Shown: positions 37,708 to 46,803 of the stretch, piece by piece | Numbering within the stretch: position 1 is the first letter of the stretch | Layout of the letters: every line of letters begins with the position of its first letter | Source of the DNA: Moheibacter sediminis | GTDB lineage: Bacteria > Bacteroidota > Bacteroidia > Flavobacteriales > Weeksellaceae | DNA length: 64,000 nucleotides | Reading direction: 5' to 3' | Assembly (NCBI RefSeq): GCF_900176425.1 | Contig: NZ_FWXS01000009.1 | Location: 1-64,000 of the forward strand | Program-made: the position numbers and the translations under genes | The notes under the pieces: model-generated | What the model saw: only the letters and a program-made list of their open reading frames with translations | The model's database searches: none | Told to the model about the DNA's origin: nothing

Positions 37708-38739
37708 ATGATAATAAAGAACTTTTTTTTACATCATGTTGATGTAAGCAACAATAATGTTACACCAATTAATTTACAATTAAACCCTCAAAACTTGCAG
37801 GATTATGTTGAAGAGTTATTAAGTGAAATTATAGCAAACCCAAACAGGAGGATATATTCTTTCAAAGATGGTAATACTGAAGTGAAATCTTCATTACGCA
37901 AGATTTTAGAGGATAATACTGATGTGGAAAATATAACTGAATTAAATGCCAAAAGATTACTTGAAAAAGAGATAAATACTCAAGCGTGGATGACAAGCAG
38001 AAATATGTCTGTTGAAATTCAGAAAGGTAGTTTATTACATCTAAATTTTGACATTAATGGTACTAAACAAATAATTATATGTAAGGTTGAACATGATGAG
38101 ATTTTAAATGAGCTTAACTTTGAGAAAGTCAGAGGGCTAAATACAAAGAAAAAGGTTTTCAAAGCAATATTGATAATTTTTAATAATCGTGGTAAAATAT
38201 CAGAAAATTATGTTTTTGACAAACACAACAGCAAATATTGGTGGGATGATTTTCTTGAGTTACAACAGCAATATACTGATGATGACAATACTGAAAAATC
38301 ATTAAATGCCATAGATGCTACTCTTACACCTTTGAGAAATAAATTTTATGCTGACTACGTTATATTAAGAAATACTATCATTGGTTATTATAAAAACAAT
38401 GACAGCCTTAATTATTCAGACGTTATTTCCAATGTAGTCCAAAATTATGATCCAGTAAATGTTGACTTTCCTAAAGATGCACTAATAAATAAATTAAATG
38501 AGCTTCCTGCAAAAAAGGGATTTGATACACAGTTTTCCATTGTAAAAAAGAAAATAAATAAAAAAGTGAAGCATAGAATTAAACTAGCAAATAATCTATA
38601 TTTAAGTATGGATGATTTTGTAGACAATTTAAGAAATATTCTAAAGCCCTGGAAGGATGAACAAGGAAACAAATATGTGCAAATATTATCTTCTGAAGGT
38701 TTTGATAAAATTGAAGATTTAATGAGAGAAAATGGTTAG
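37708..38739 (+). CDS. Hypothetical protein (343 aa), first gene of an overlapping two-gene cargo module
   Basis: Its stop overlaps the start of the next gene (ATGgttag), suggesting translational coupling. Confidence 0.35.
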   Translation: MIIKNFFLHHVDVSNNNVTPINLQLNPQNLQDYVEELLSEIIANPNRRIYSFKDGNTEVKSSLRKILEDNTDVENITELNAKRLLEKEINTQAWMTSRNMSVEIQKGSLLHLNFDINGTKQIIICKVEHDEILNELNFEKVRGLNTKKKVFKAILIIFNNRGKISENYVFDKHNSKYWWDDFLELQQQYTDDDNTEKSLNAIDATLTPLRNKFYADYVILRNTIIGYYKNNDSLNYSDVISNVVQNYDPVNVDFPKDALINKLNELPAKKGFDTQFSIVKKKINKKVKHRIKLANNLYLSMDDFVDNLRNILKPWKDEQGNKYVQILSSEGFDKIEDLMRENG

Positions 38740-40144
38740 TTCTTTAATACAATTATTCACACCAAATCAGATTCTAAGCAATATTGATAATTTTAAGCAA
38801 TATGAATACATTGCTTATGTAGGTGTAAATGATAAAACAAATTCACTAAACAAATCTTTTTATGATGATGTAAATGTTTATTTTAATTCTATACAATATG
38901 ATTGGTCATTAGAAATAGAAGAAACAGGTTATTCAATATCTCAAAACAGTTTTGTTGATATAGAATTTGAAGAATATATTGATACTTCAAATCTCAAACT
39001 AACTATCAGAGTATTCAAATCAACTAACAATAGTATTGTAATATTTAATGAGAGTGTATTTTTTGAAACGTTGAATAAAATGACTTTAAAGAGTATTTTA
39101 TTGACTTTTCAACAAATTTCAAAGCCCATATTAATTACTAATGAATTTTCAGAAAATTCTCAAAAATCAAACTTAATAGGTTATAATACAGGTGTTAATA
39201 ATTCAAAAAATCAAGAAATAAGTTTTCAGTGCCTTTTTTATAATTATTCAGAATTTAAATTTGCTCCTGAAAATTTTTCATTCAGTGATTATGAAAAGCA
39301 AGATGATTTTTGCAAAGTGATTAAAAAATTACATTATGTCTATTTGTTGATTTATTTATTTGATGTTTCAGAAATTAGAGAGGATAAAATTTTCTTGAAG
39401 CTCAAAGGACATAAAACCTATGAATATGAATTGGAATTTTCAACCCTAAAAACTGAAAGCATTAATGAATACAAAAAAATATATGAGTGGGTTTATTCTG
39501 ATAAAGGCAAAATTGAAGATAAGTTAGGAATAGCAAGAAATATAATTGGATTTTACTTAAAAAAGGATGATGTAAGAATTGACAACAGGACATTTCCTTC
39601 TATCCTATCAGCTAATCAGCTTTATATAAAAGGGAATTTGACAAAATATTTGGATTCTCGAAATAAAATATATGAGCAGGTTGACCAAGTAACAAGTAAA
39701 ATAAATACCTCTCTGGATACATTCTTAGGAAATTTTCAAAAATCTGTCTTTGTTTTTGTGAGTTTTTATTTAACCGCATTTGTAGTAAAAATATTTAACA
39801 AATTAGATGTTTCAACAGCAATTAGTAAAGAGGCTACCTTATTTGGTCTAGGCTTATTGCTACTTTCGCTTTTTTTTATGATTTTTTCATTAATTATTTT
39901 AAACTCAGATTTAAATAGAGTGAAGGAAAAATATTTTTTGGTGAAAACAAGGTTTGAAGATATTCTAAACAAAGATGACGTAAATAAAATTCTAAATAAT
40001 GATTCAGAGTTTAATAAAGACATTATGTTTTATGAGAAAAAAAGATGCAACCTTCTGTTTTTATGGATAATCACAATAATTATTCTTACTTGCATATTAT
40101 TTAGTACTTCAGAATATATAAATTTCAAATATCTTTCTCTGTAA
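38732..40144 (+). CDS. Hypothetical protein (470 aa) with three C-terminal TM helices: candidate membrane effector
   Basis: A soluble N-terminal region of about 330 aa, then VFVFVSFYLTAFVVKIF, LFGLGLLLLSLFFMIFSLIIL and LLFLWIITIIILTCILF. Confidence 0.35.
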   Translation: MVSSLIQLFTPNQILSNIDNFKQYEYIAYVGVNDKTNSLNKSFYDDVNVYFNSIQYDWSLEIEETGYSISQNSFVDIEFEEYIDTSNLKLTIRVFKSTNNSIVIFNESVFFETLNKMTLKSILLTFQQISKPILITNEFSENSQKSNLIGYNTGVNNSKNQEISFQCLFYNYSEFKFAPENFSFSDYEKQDDFCKVIKKLHYVYLLIYLFDVSEIREDKIFLKLKGHKTYEYELEFSTLKTESINEYKKIYEWVYSDKGKIEDKLGIARNIIGFYLKKDDVRIDNRTFPSILSANQLYIKGNLTKYLDSRNKIYEQVDQVTSKINTSLDTFLGNFQKSVFVFVSFYLTAFVVKIFNKLDVSTAISKEATLFGLGLLLLSLFFMIFSLIILNSDLNRVKEKYFLVKTRFEDILNKDDVNKILNNDSEFNKDIMFYEKKRCNLLFLWIITIIILTCILFSTSEYINFKYLSL

Positions 40145-40174
40145 ATCCACCCCACTTTAGCAGGGTGGATTAAC

Positions 40175-41212
40175 TCAACTCAAAAACCAATGATAACCAG
40201 AATTACCACTGATAGCTTTACAAATACTCTGATTAAACTCAAAAGCATTTAAGTTTCTCTCTAAAAAGGTATCAATGTAGCTGGATTTATTGGCTTGAGT
40301 GAATAGATTGTACACATTCCACAGATTGATATTACTATTATCATCCTTACAGAAACTATCATCCTGATAATAATCTTTAGCAATGGTATTGAAGTGCCCA
40401 TCTGTAAACATCAATTCAGGAATTTCAGATTTCAGTTTTTTAGGTAAATGCTGATATAACCTAGCTCTACCAACTAAAGTAGCAAACTGGTGTTCTGTAA
40501 GAAATTGCTCTGATAGACCTTTCATCTGGTTTAGGTGGGTTTCTGCTTGGTAGTTTTGGATAATTTCCAAAATTTTAGCTTGTAACTCCTGATAGGATGT
40601 AACCCTTAAATCTTCCACAAAACCATCACTTGAAACACATAGATTGCAACATACCATATTCTGAAACCCAATGAAGAACTTGAATTTTTCAAATGATTTC
40701 CTGTTGTACAGATTTTCCTGATTATATGCTCTTACCCCTCCTATAGTCAAGGATAATTCATTCCCATTGATATTTTCAGAAATACTTGGAATTCTGATGA
40801 TAAAAGCCATTCTTTCATAATAAATGGTTTTCTCATGTTCCAACAAGTCTTTAGCCTGCTTATGAATTGCATCTGGAATCCTGCCTTTAATCTGATGAGA
40901 AACCCTAATTTCAGGTAATTCTATACTGTGATGAGGAAATGCTTTTGAAATGGAATTTTGAGCAATTTCAATAAATTCCTGATGTGCCAGAGTCTTTTCA
41001 TTATCCTTGCTGAAAACAGGAATGATACAATCTTTCTTTAAGTGCAACAAATCCACTTCTTCTGTATTGGCTTCAATGAAAGGTTTTGAATTTTGAGCTT
41101 TTAATCCTTCTACAACCACAGGGCTACTATCTCTAGAACCCACAGGGAGCAGCTCCAAGGTATCTTGCTTCTTCATTATGTTGGGAGTTTTTTCAAATGT
41201 GATGCTGTCCAT
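40175..41212 (-). CDS. Hypothetical protein (345 aa), first gene of the island replication-type module
   Basis: Overlaps the upstream ATPase gene by 20 nt. Confidence 0.3.
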   Translation of the reverse strand: MDSITFEKTPNIMKKQDTLELLPVGSRDSSPVVVEGLKAQNSKPFIEANTEEVDLLHLKKDCIIPVFSKDNEKTLAHQEFIEIAQNSISKAFPHHSIELPEIRVSHQIKGRIPDAIHKQAKDLLEHEKTIYYERMAFIIRIPSISENINGNELSLTIGGVRAYNQENLYNRKSFEKFKFFIGFQNMVCCNLCVSSDGFVEDLRVTSYQELQAKILEIIQNYQAETHLNQMKGLSEQFLTEHQFATLVGRARLYQHLPKKLKSEIPELMFTDGHFNTIAKDYYQDDSFCKDDNSNINLWNVYNLFTQANKSSYIDTFLERNLNAFEFNQSICKAISGNSGYHWFLS

Positions 41213-42182
41213 TTTGAGAAATGTTTTTAGGGTTAGTTAACTGAATCAAAAGTGATTTCTTGGCTTCAAAACCGGGTCTTAAAGTATCCTGAAAATCAGG
41301 ATATTTCTTATACAGTTTCAGAAGCTCTGCCATAGAGTTACATTGCTGAATTTCTTCATAAACCTGCTCAGAAGTAACTTCTGCTACATTAGAGCCTGTA
41401 TTACACCAATCCAAAATCCTTTTCCCTGTACCTTGATTAATCACAAATTCAGGTTTACCCATAAATAATCCTGTCCTGTCTTTGGATGAGGTAGCAAAGT
41501 GCTTAATATCCACATCAAATACAAGGGTAAACTCATAATCCAAGCCATCTTTCTGAACTGCTTTCAATCCAACTTTTTCAGGAATAAACTTTCCATCCTT
41601 TTGATTCAGCACATAATCCTGCTTTGTCCTCATTGTAGCTATGATATGAGCATTGGATTGAAGGATTTTATCAGTAAAGGCTTTTTGTCTTGGAGTAACT
41701 TTAGCCCAATTGGTAAATGAATTACCTGCCAGTTTAGAATGAAAATCCAATAGCTCATCCCAACAATGAGAAATAGAATCAATGATAATCACTTCCATAG
41801 CAGCCTTTTCACACACCTCTAGAGCTTCAATGTATTTTTCAGGTGTAAAAGGTGGTGTCATTGAAAGCACATTGTAATTACCCAAATGGGCATAAAGGTC
41901 AGCACTTCCATTCTCTGTGTCTATAATAGCTACTTTCGATAAGTTACCATTTGTAAGTCCTTGTGCAAGGAGCAGGCTTGAATAAGTCTTGCCCGAGCCT
42001 GCACTTCCTTGAAGAGCCATTTTAATTTTAGCTCTTTTTCTTTCTGATTGTCTTAGTTGCATAATTTTACATTTAAAGTTCGTATAAATAAAATGGGGCT
42101 TTCGTTTAGAAGGCCCCATTGTGTTATGAAAAAACAGAAATATTAAACATTGCAGAACTTGCAGGTTTTGCAGTTTCTGCAA
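41193..42182 (-). CDS. RecA-like P-loop ATPase (AAA_24/Sak4-like)
   Basis: MALQGSAGSGKTYSSLLLAQG is a Walker A motif; AIIDTENG follows. The true start is probably the internal MQLRQSE or MALQG. Confidence 0.5.
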   Translation of the reverse strand: MQKLQNLQVLQCLIFLFFHNTMGPSKRKPHFIYTNFKCKIMQLRQSERKRAKIKMALQGSAGSGKTYSSLLLAQGLTNGNLSKVAIIDTENGSADLYAHLGNYNVLSMTPPFTPEKYIEALEVCEKAAMEVIIIDSISHCWDELLDFHSKLAGNSFTNWAKVTPRQKAFTDKILQSNAHIIATMRTKQDYVLNQKDGKFIPEKVGLKAVQKDGLDYEFTLVFDVDIKHFATSSKDRTGLFMGKPEFVINQGTGKRILDWCNTGSNVAEVTSEQVYEEIQQCNSMAELLKLYKKYPDFQDTLRPGFEAKKSLLIQLTNPKNISQNGQHHI

Positions 42183-42190
42183 ATTAAAAA

Positions 42191-43546
42191 TTATTTTCTT
42201 TTTACTTTTTTATAAGTTCCATGACTTATTTTTTCTAAAATTTTATCATTCCACTTTTTTAAAATTTCGTCAAAAGTCCTTTCTGGAATTCCAACTTTTT
42301 GTGCTATCTCAAGTCCTCTGCTTCTCTTGAATTCGTCTGGGAGCTTACTTAATAAATCCCTTTCTTGCATTGTCATTGAAACAGCATTTTTTTCAAACTG
42401 ATCGAAAACGGATAATGAATGATCTAATAAGATTTTTATAATTCTCATTGCTGCTTTGACAGTTTTATCTTCAGCATAAAAAATAACATCTCCTTCAACT
42501 AGTTCTTCTTGTTTTTCCAAAACAGTAAACAGACAAATTAATCTAAAAGCGATCAATCCTAATCTTTTGACTACAGGAATGAAATCGTCTTTTCCTGTCT
42601 CTTGGATAATGCTATTTGCCAATGACATTCTTTCTTGGAAGTAATCCCATTGCTTTTTAGTCATTCTGACTTCTACGCTATTTTGTTTTTTCAGCTTTTC
42701 ATACAATTCTTTAATTTCTTTGGACTTTTCATCCATTAATTTATCATAACTTATCCTACTAGCAGTTGGACTGACATCTTTCCAACCGCCGGCTTCTTCA
42801 AAGGAATAATAAATGAACCTACTGAATAATCCGTTTTCTTTAGACTCGATCAAAGGTCTGACTTGATTAGGTGTTCCTGATAAAATCATTGAAATTTTAG
42901 GTTTCTTGATTTCAAAAAATCTATCCTCAGTAGATCTGCTGATTGATACAGTCTCATGATGGAAGGCTTTTCTGAGCAAATCAGAGAAGTTTCCCCAATC
43001 TTGCTTTAACATATTAGAAAGCGAATCTGCCTCGCTCTCAAATATGATTAAATCATCCTCAGCATTCTCCAAATGAGTATATAATTTGGACGCACTTGTA
43101 TTTCCAGGTACAACCTTTATTTGAAATTTGGGTTCATTTACTCCCTCATTATTTTCAGAATTCCTGTATTCCGCTATTTTTCTTTTGCTCTCCTCTTTGA
43201 TTTTCTCATGGATTGGTTCAACCAATATTTTTGACCATTCCATCACACCCTTTCCTGAAGCTGGAGGAGCAATAATAAATACATATAAATTAGGACTATA
43301 ATTTCTGGAATCATAAATTCCATATACATTTGACATACATCCACTTATAACTCCAACACACGATAATAAAATAATATCTCTCTCCCTTCCTTGAAATTCA
43401 AGGCAAATCTCTTTTAATAGTTCTGGCAAGTCTTCATATACCTCTTCTGGTATTAGATTTTTATGACTTGCAGTCATGGCAAGATCTGGCGAACTCCCAA
43501 ACCTTGCTTTTTTACTTTCTTCTATTTCTTTAATCATATTTTTCAA
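42191..43546 (-). CDS. DUF3987/VirE-like P-loop protein (primase-associated C-terminal-domain-like), typical of Bacteroidota mobilisable elements
   Basis: IIAPPASGKGV is P-loop-like. Size and context next to the AAA_24 ATPase and the integrase support the call. Confidence 0.4.
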   Translation of the reverse strand: MKNMIKEIEESKKARFGSSPDLAMTASHKNLIPEEVYEDLPELLKEICLEFQGRERDIILLSCVGVISGCMSNVYGIYDSRNYSPNLYVFIIAPPASGKGVMEWSKILVEPIHEKIKEESKRKIAEYRNSENNEGVNEPKFQIKVVPGNTSASKLYTHLENAEDDLIIFESEADSLSNMLKQDWGNFSDLLRKAFHHETVSISRSTEDRFFEIKKPKISMILSGTPNQVRPLIESKENGLFSRFIYYSFEEAGGWKDVSPTASRISYDKLMDEKSKEIKELYEKLKKQNSVEVRMTKKQWDYFQERMSLANSIIQETGKDDFIPVVKRLGLIAFRLICLFTVLEKQEELVEGDVIFYAEDKTVKAAMRIIKILLDHSLSVFDQFEKNAVSMTMQERDLLSKLPDEFKRSRGLEIAQKVGIPERTFDEILKKWNDKILEKISHGTYKKVKRK

Positions 43547-43696
43547 ATAATTAATTTCTGTTTCTCCATAAAAAAGTTTAAGAGATTGGGCTTTCCAATC
43601 TTCTTCTGCAAATTTCCGAACGAAACATGCCTGAAAAAGAATTGAAACAGAAAACCTTAAAAAATGGCAGATTTCTGTTTCAAAATCATAAAAACT

Positions 43697-44560
43697 TTAC
43701 TTTATTTCGATTGAGGGAGGGCGTTCTATATAATGTTTGAGATTCTTAATATCAACATTATCATAGATTTGAGAAATGTTTCCTATAGAGGGGTTATTGA
43801 CAAATGGAGCTGAATTATTTATTGGAACTTCAAACAAAGCAAAAAATGCTGCTATAAATTCTAAAGTAGATTTTTTCAGGGCTTTATCAATTCTAGGTCT
43901 ATTGGGATTATTTTCAGAATAGATAAAATTATAGATTGCATTAATAAATTCTACTTTAACATTTTCTGAAAATTTATCTGGTTTTATTTGAAGCGTCTTG
44001 GATAAGATGCCTTCTTTTTGTTGAACATAATTTTCTCTAGTCAACAGGAATTTATCACAAAGCGCTCCGTAAATGGTTTTCAATACCAATGGATTTTTAA
44101 TATTGATATTATCTCCTGTATCTATCTTGATTGTAATTGAAGGTAATTCTTCACTATGGCTAGTAGAAAAAAGATATTTTCTTAAAGCTCTAAACAGACC
44201 TTTTATATCTTCTTTTTCTAGAGCAAGGGTTTTTAAATCCTCATCATTTTCACTCCCTATATTGTTACAGTAGGCGTATTGTAATGCGCAACCCAAAGTA
44301 ATAAATTCTTCACGAAGTGAAACAAGATCAATATCTTCCAAAGCTTCATCCAATAATTTTGCTGTCTGAGTTGGAATCTGTAGGGAAGAATAAGTGCCTC
44401 TGAAAAAATTGGTTAATTCTTTAAAAGACTCTATTGAACCTATATCCTCCAAAGAAGAAACTTCGTACATATCAAATTCAATAGAGCCCTCGGGTAGATT
44501 GATGTATAGACTATCTTGATATGTTTTCCATTGATACATTATAAAGAAATAATACTGCAA
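43697..44560 (-). CDS. Hypothetical protein (island)
   Basis: ORF only. Confidence 0.3.
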   Translation of the reverse strand: MQYYFFIMYQWKTYQDSLYINLPEGSIEFDMYEVSSLEDIGSIESFKELTNFFRGTYSSLQIPTQTAKLLDEALEDIDLVSLREEFITLGCALQYAYCNNIGSENDEDLKTLALEKEDIKGLFRALRKYLFSTSHSEELPSITIKIDTGDNINIKNPLVLKTIYGALCDKFLLTRENYVQQKEGILSKTLQIKPDKFSENVKVEFINAIYNFIYSENNPNRPRIDKALKKSTLEFIAAFFALFEVPINNSAPFVNNPSIGNISQIYDNVDIKNLKHYIERPPSIEIK

Positions 44561-44601
44561 TTAATGCAAATTCTGCAAAACTTGCAAGGCAATGATATAT
44601 T

Positions 44602-45816
44602 TTACTTTTTATCCAACTTTTTACTCAAGTTACGGATATGTTCACTAACCTTTTTCTGAACCACCTTTCCATAATGCTCCTGCGTGATGGTGATTTTAGA
44701 ATGTCCAAGTAATTCTGACACAATCTCCATAGGCACATCATTATACAGTAATACTGTAGTAGCAAAGGTTTTCCTTGCAATATGATGAGTCAAATTTTTT
44801 TCAATCCCAACTATTCCTGCTATCTCTTTCAGATAAGAATTGAACTTAGAATTACTAGCTTTTGGTAACACACGTACATCATCATATTCTTGGTATTTCT
44901 CTATGATAGATAGAGCTTTAGGAAGAAGAGGAATTGAAATTTGCTTTTGAGTCTTTTTTCTCTGCATTTGAATCCATTGATTTCCATCAAACCCAGTTAC
45001 AATGTGTTTCTTCTCAAGATTGTACATTTCAGTAAATGCTAATCCTGTATAACAGCAGAAAACAAAGAAATCCCTGATTTGTTCAACTCTTGTGATAGGG
45101 AAATTGTGATTTTCAAGCCTTTCCAATTCCTCAGCAGTCAGATATACAACTTCTTTTTTAGGTCTTGCTAATCTGTGGAGTAGGAAAGGGTCTTTGTCTA
45201 AGAATCCCATAGATACAGCCATTTTGACTACTTTCTTGGTTCTTTGTAAACTTTTGAAAGTTGTACTTGCCTGAAACTTCTTCTCTGTCTTGAGGAAATA
45301 TTCAAACTCCTGAAGGAAGTTTTCATTCAAATCCTTTAGCAGGTAATCATTCTTTTTCAACTGTAATTTCAGGAACTCAGCAATATGGTTCTTGGTAAGG
45401 TTGTACCTGCTCCAACTTAATTGAGCATACTCAATTCCTATAAGTTTCTCCATTTTGTTGTTATGTATTTCAAATGCTTCTAACAAGGTCTTTTCAGCTT
45501 TTATGTTCTCTCCTTTGTACTTCAGGTAAATATCATTTACATCAAAGTTTAAAGAGTTCACTTGCAGATACAAAAAAGCCTGACTAATTTCATTCTTAAT
45601 CAGGCTTAACTGTGTATTGATATAATTGTTCTCATCATTGGGTGGATGAGCTTTCTGCTGTCCATTTTTCCAATGGTTAGGATTTACAAATAATCCAGTA
45701 GAAAATATCTTTCTCACCCCACTTAATGTAATTCTACATCTGATAGGGGCTTTGCCTTGTCTGTTAAGTTTGGTTCTATTTATTAAGAAAAGTATTTTTA
45801 AATCTATTGCATTCAT
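44602..45816 (-). CDS. int: Tyrosine-type site-specific integrase
   Basis: The C-terminal LTHHIARKTFATTVLL...LLGHSKITITQEHYGKV (R, HxxR, catalytic Y) is the phage-integrase catalytic-domain pattern. It is adjacent to attR and the tRNA. Confidence 0.85.
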   Translation of the reverse strand: MNAIDLKILFLINRTKLNRQGKAPIRCRITLSGVRKIFSTGLFVNPNHWKNGQQKAHPPNDENNYINTQLSLIKNEISQAFLYLQVNSLNFDVNDIYLKYKGENIKAEKTLLEAFEIHNNKMEKLIGIEYAQLSWSRYNLTKNHIAEFLKLQLKKNDYLLKDLNENFLQEFEYFLKTEKKFQASTTFKSLQRTKKVVKMAVSMGFLDKDPFLLHRLARPKKEVVYLTAEELERLENHNFPITRVEQIRDFFVFCCYTGLAFTEMYNLEKKHIVTGFDGNQWIQMQRKKTQKQISIPLLPKALSIIEKYQEYDDVRVLPKASNSKFNSYLKEIAGIVGIEKNLTHHIARKTFATTVLLYNDVPMEIVSELLGHSKITITQEHYGKVVQKKVSEHIRNLSKKLDKK

Positions 45817-45836
45817 AATATTAAAGAGATTAAAAA

Positions 45837-45890
45837 GGGGGGTGTACCCGAGTTAAAAAATGGTGTACCCGCAGGTGTACCTGAGAAGTA
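45837..45890 (+). promoter_or_regulatory. Three direct GGTGTACC repeats between the integrase gene and attR: candidate arm-type recombinase or RDF binding sites
   Basis: ggtgtacccgag...ggtgtacccgcaggtgtacctgag. Confidence 0.35.
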
Positions 45891-45965
45891 AGAAATGGGA
45901 GGAAAAATAAGGAAGTATGATTTAAGAGCTAAATCTCTGTAACGCCTTTGTTATAGTATAAAAAC

Positions 45966-46013
45966 AAAAAAAGCACCTCATCTCTGAAGTGCTTTCTGCG
46001 ATCCGGACGGGAC
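45966..46013 (+). repeat. attR: a 48-bp direct repeat overlapping the 3' end of the intact tRNA-Asp
   Basis: See attL. Confidence 0.85.
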
Positions 46014-46072
46014 TCGAACCCGCGACCACCTGCGTGACAGGCAGGTATTCTAACCAGCTGAACTACCGGATC
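45999..46072 (-). tRNA. tRNA-Asp (GTC), the integration target
   Basis: GATCCGGTAGTTCAGCTGGTTAGAATACCTGCCTGTCACGCAGGTGGTCGCGGGTTCGAGTCCCGTCCGGATCG closely resembles canonical bacterial tRNA-Asp. It is followed by the hairpin GCACTTCAGAGATGAGGTGC plus a T-run. Confidence 0.85.
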
Positions 46073-46178
46073 ATTGAATTTTGAGACTGCAAATATACAC
46101 CAATTTCTATACTCTGCAAATAAAAATGAAAAAACCCGAAAAATATTTTCGGGTTTGTGTTTTTTACTCAGACAAATC

Positions 46179-46499
46179 TTAGTTCATCAAAGCCTTTAAT
46201 TTCTGTTCCAATTGCGCTTTAGGAACCACTCCTACAACTTTATCAACCACCTGACCATCTTTGAAAAACAAGATAGTAGGTATATTTCTGATTCCGTATT
46301 CCGCAGCGATTTGTTGGTTCGAATCCACATCAACTTTAGCTACAACTGCCTGACCTTCAAATTCTTTAGCCAACTCTTCTACAGTCGGGCCTACCATTCT
46401 GCAGGGACCGCACCAAGTTGCCCAAAAGTCAACCATTGCCGGTTTTCCTGATTCCAAAACGTCTTTTGCAAACGATGTATCTGTTACTTCAAGTGCCAT
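46179..46499 (-). CDS. trxA: Thioredoxin
   Basis: WCGPC active site; 106 aa. Confidence 0.9.
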   Translation of the reverse strand: MALEVTDTSFAKDVLESGKPAMVDFWATWCGPCRMVGPTVEELAKEFEGQAVVAKVDVDSNQQIAAEYGIRNIPTILFFKDGQVVDKVVGVVPKAQLEQKLKALMN

Positions 46500-46611
46500 T
46501 TTTTTTCTCTTTATAATTAATAATTCAAAATTAAATCAAATTTAATGATTCTCAACCTAATCCTTATAGGAAATATCGATATGACGATAAAACCATTGAA
46601 AGTCCAAATTC

Positions 46612-46740
46612 TCATTTCTAAATTTATTTGGGCGTCCGGGCGGGCTGCTTCGGGCTTCGCATCGCTTCGGCCTTCCGTTTCACTCCACGCCGCTCCCCAT
46701 GGTCGCGCCACTTCGTCTCCCTGACGCATATCCGTTATTC
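46612..46740. repeat. GC-rich about 130-bp intergenic repeat element (family copy E2)
   Basis: Shares ATAACGGATnTGCG ... CCATGG ... CAGCCCG ... ACGCCCAAA blocks with 52428-52570 and (in reverse complement) 54700-54821. About 60% GC in an AT-rich context. Confidence 0.6.
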
Positions 46741-46803
46741 ATTAAACAAAGTAAGTAAAAAAAATATTTACGAAAACCTTTCGTTTTCTCTTTCTTTATA
46801 AAA

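Larger units (their letters stand above)
32539..45965. mobile_element. Integrative element (about 13.4 kb) inserted at the 3' end of tRNA-Asp(GTC), bounded by 48-bp direct repeats. It carries a tyrosine integrase, a replication-type module and an uncharacterised cargo; it is a genomic island, possibly phage-satellite-like.
   Basis: The att direct repeats overlap the tRNA 3' end. The integrase gene is adjacent to attR. Gene content differs from the flanking housekeeping genes. Confidence 0.8.

Noticed and set aside
46517-46729. 70-aa ORF on the minus strand
   Set aside because: Lies entirely inside the GC-rich repeat element; Arg/Ala-rich translation is typical of spurious ORFs in GC-rich noncoding DNA.
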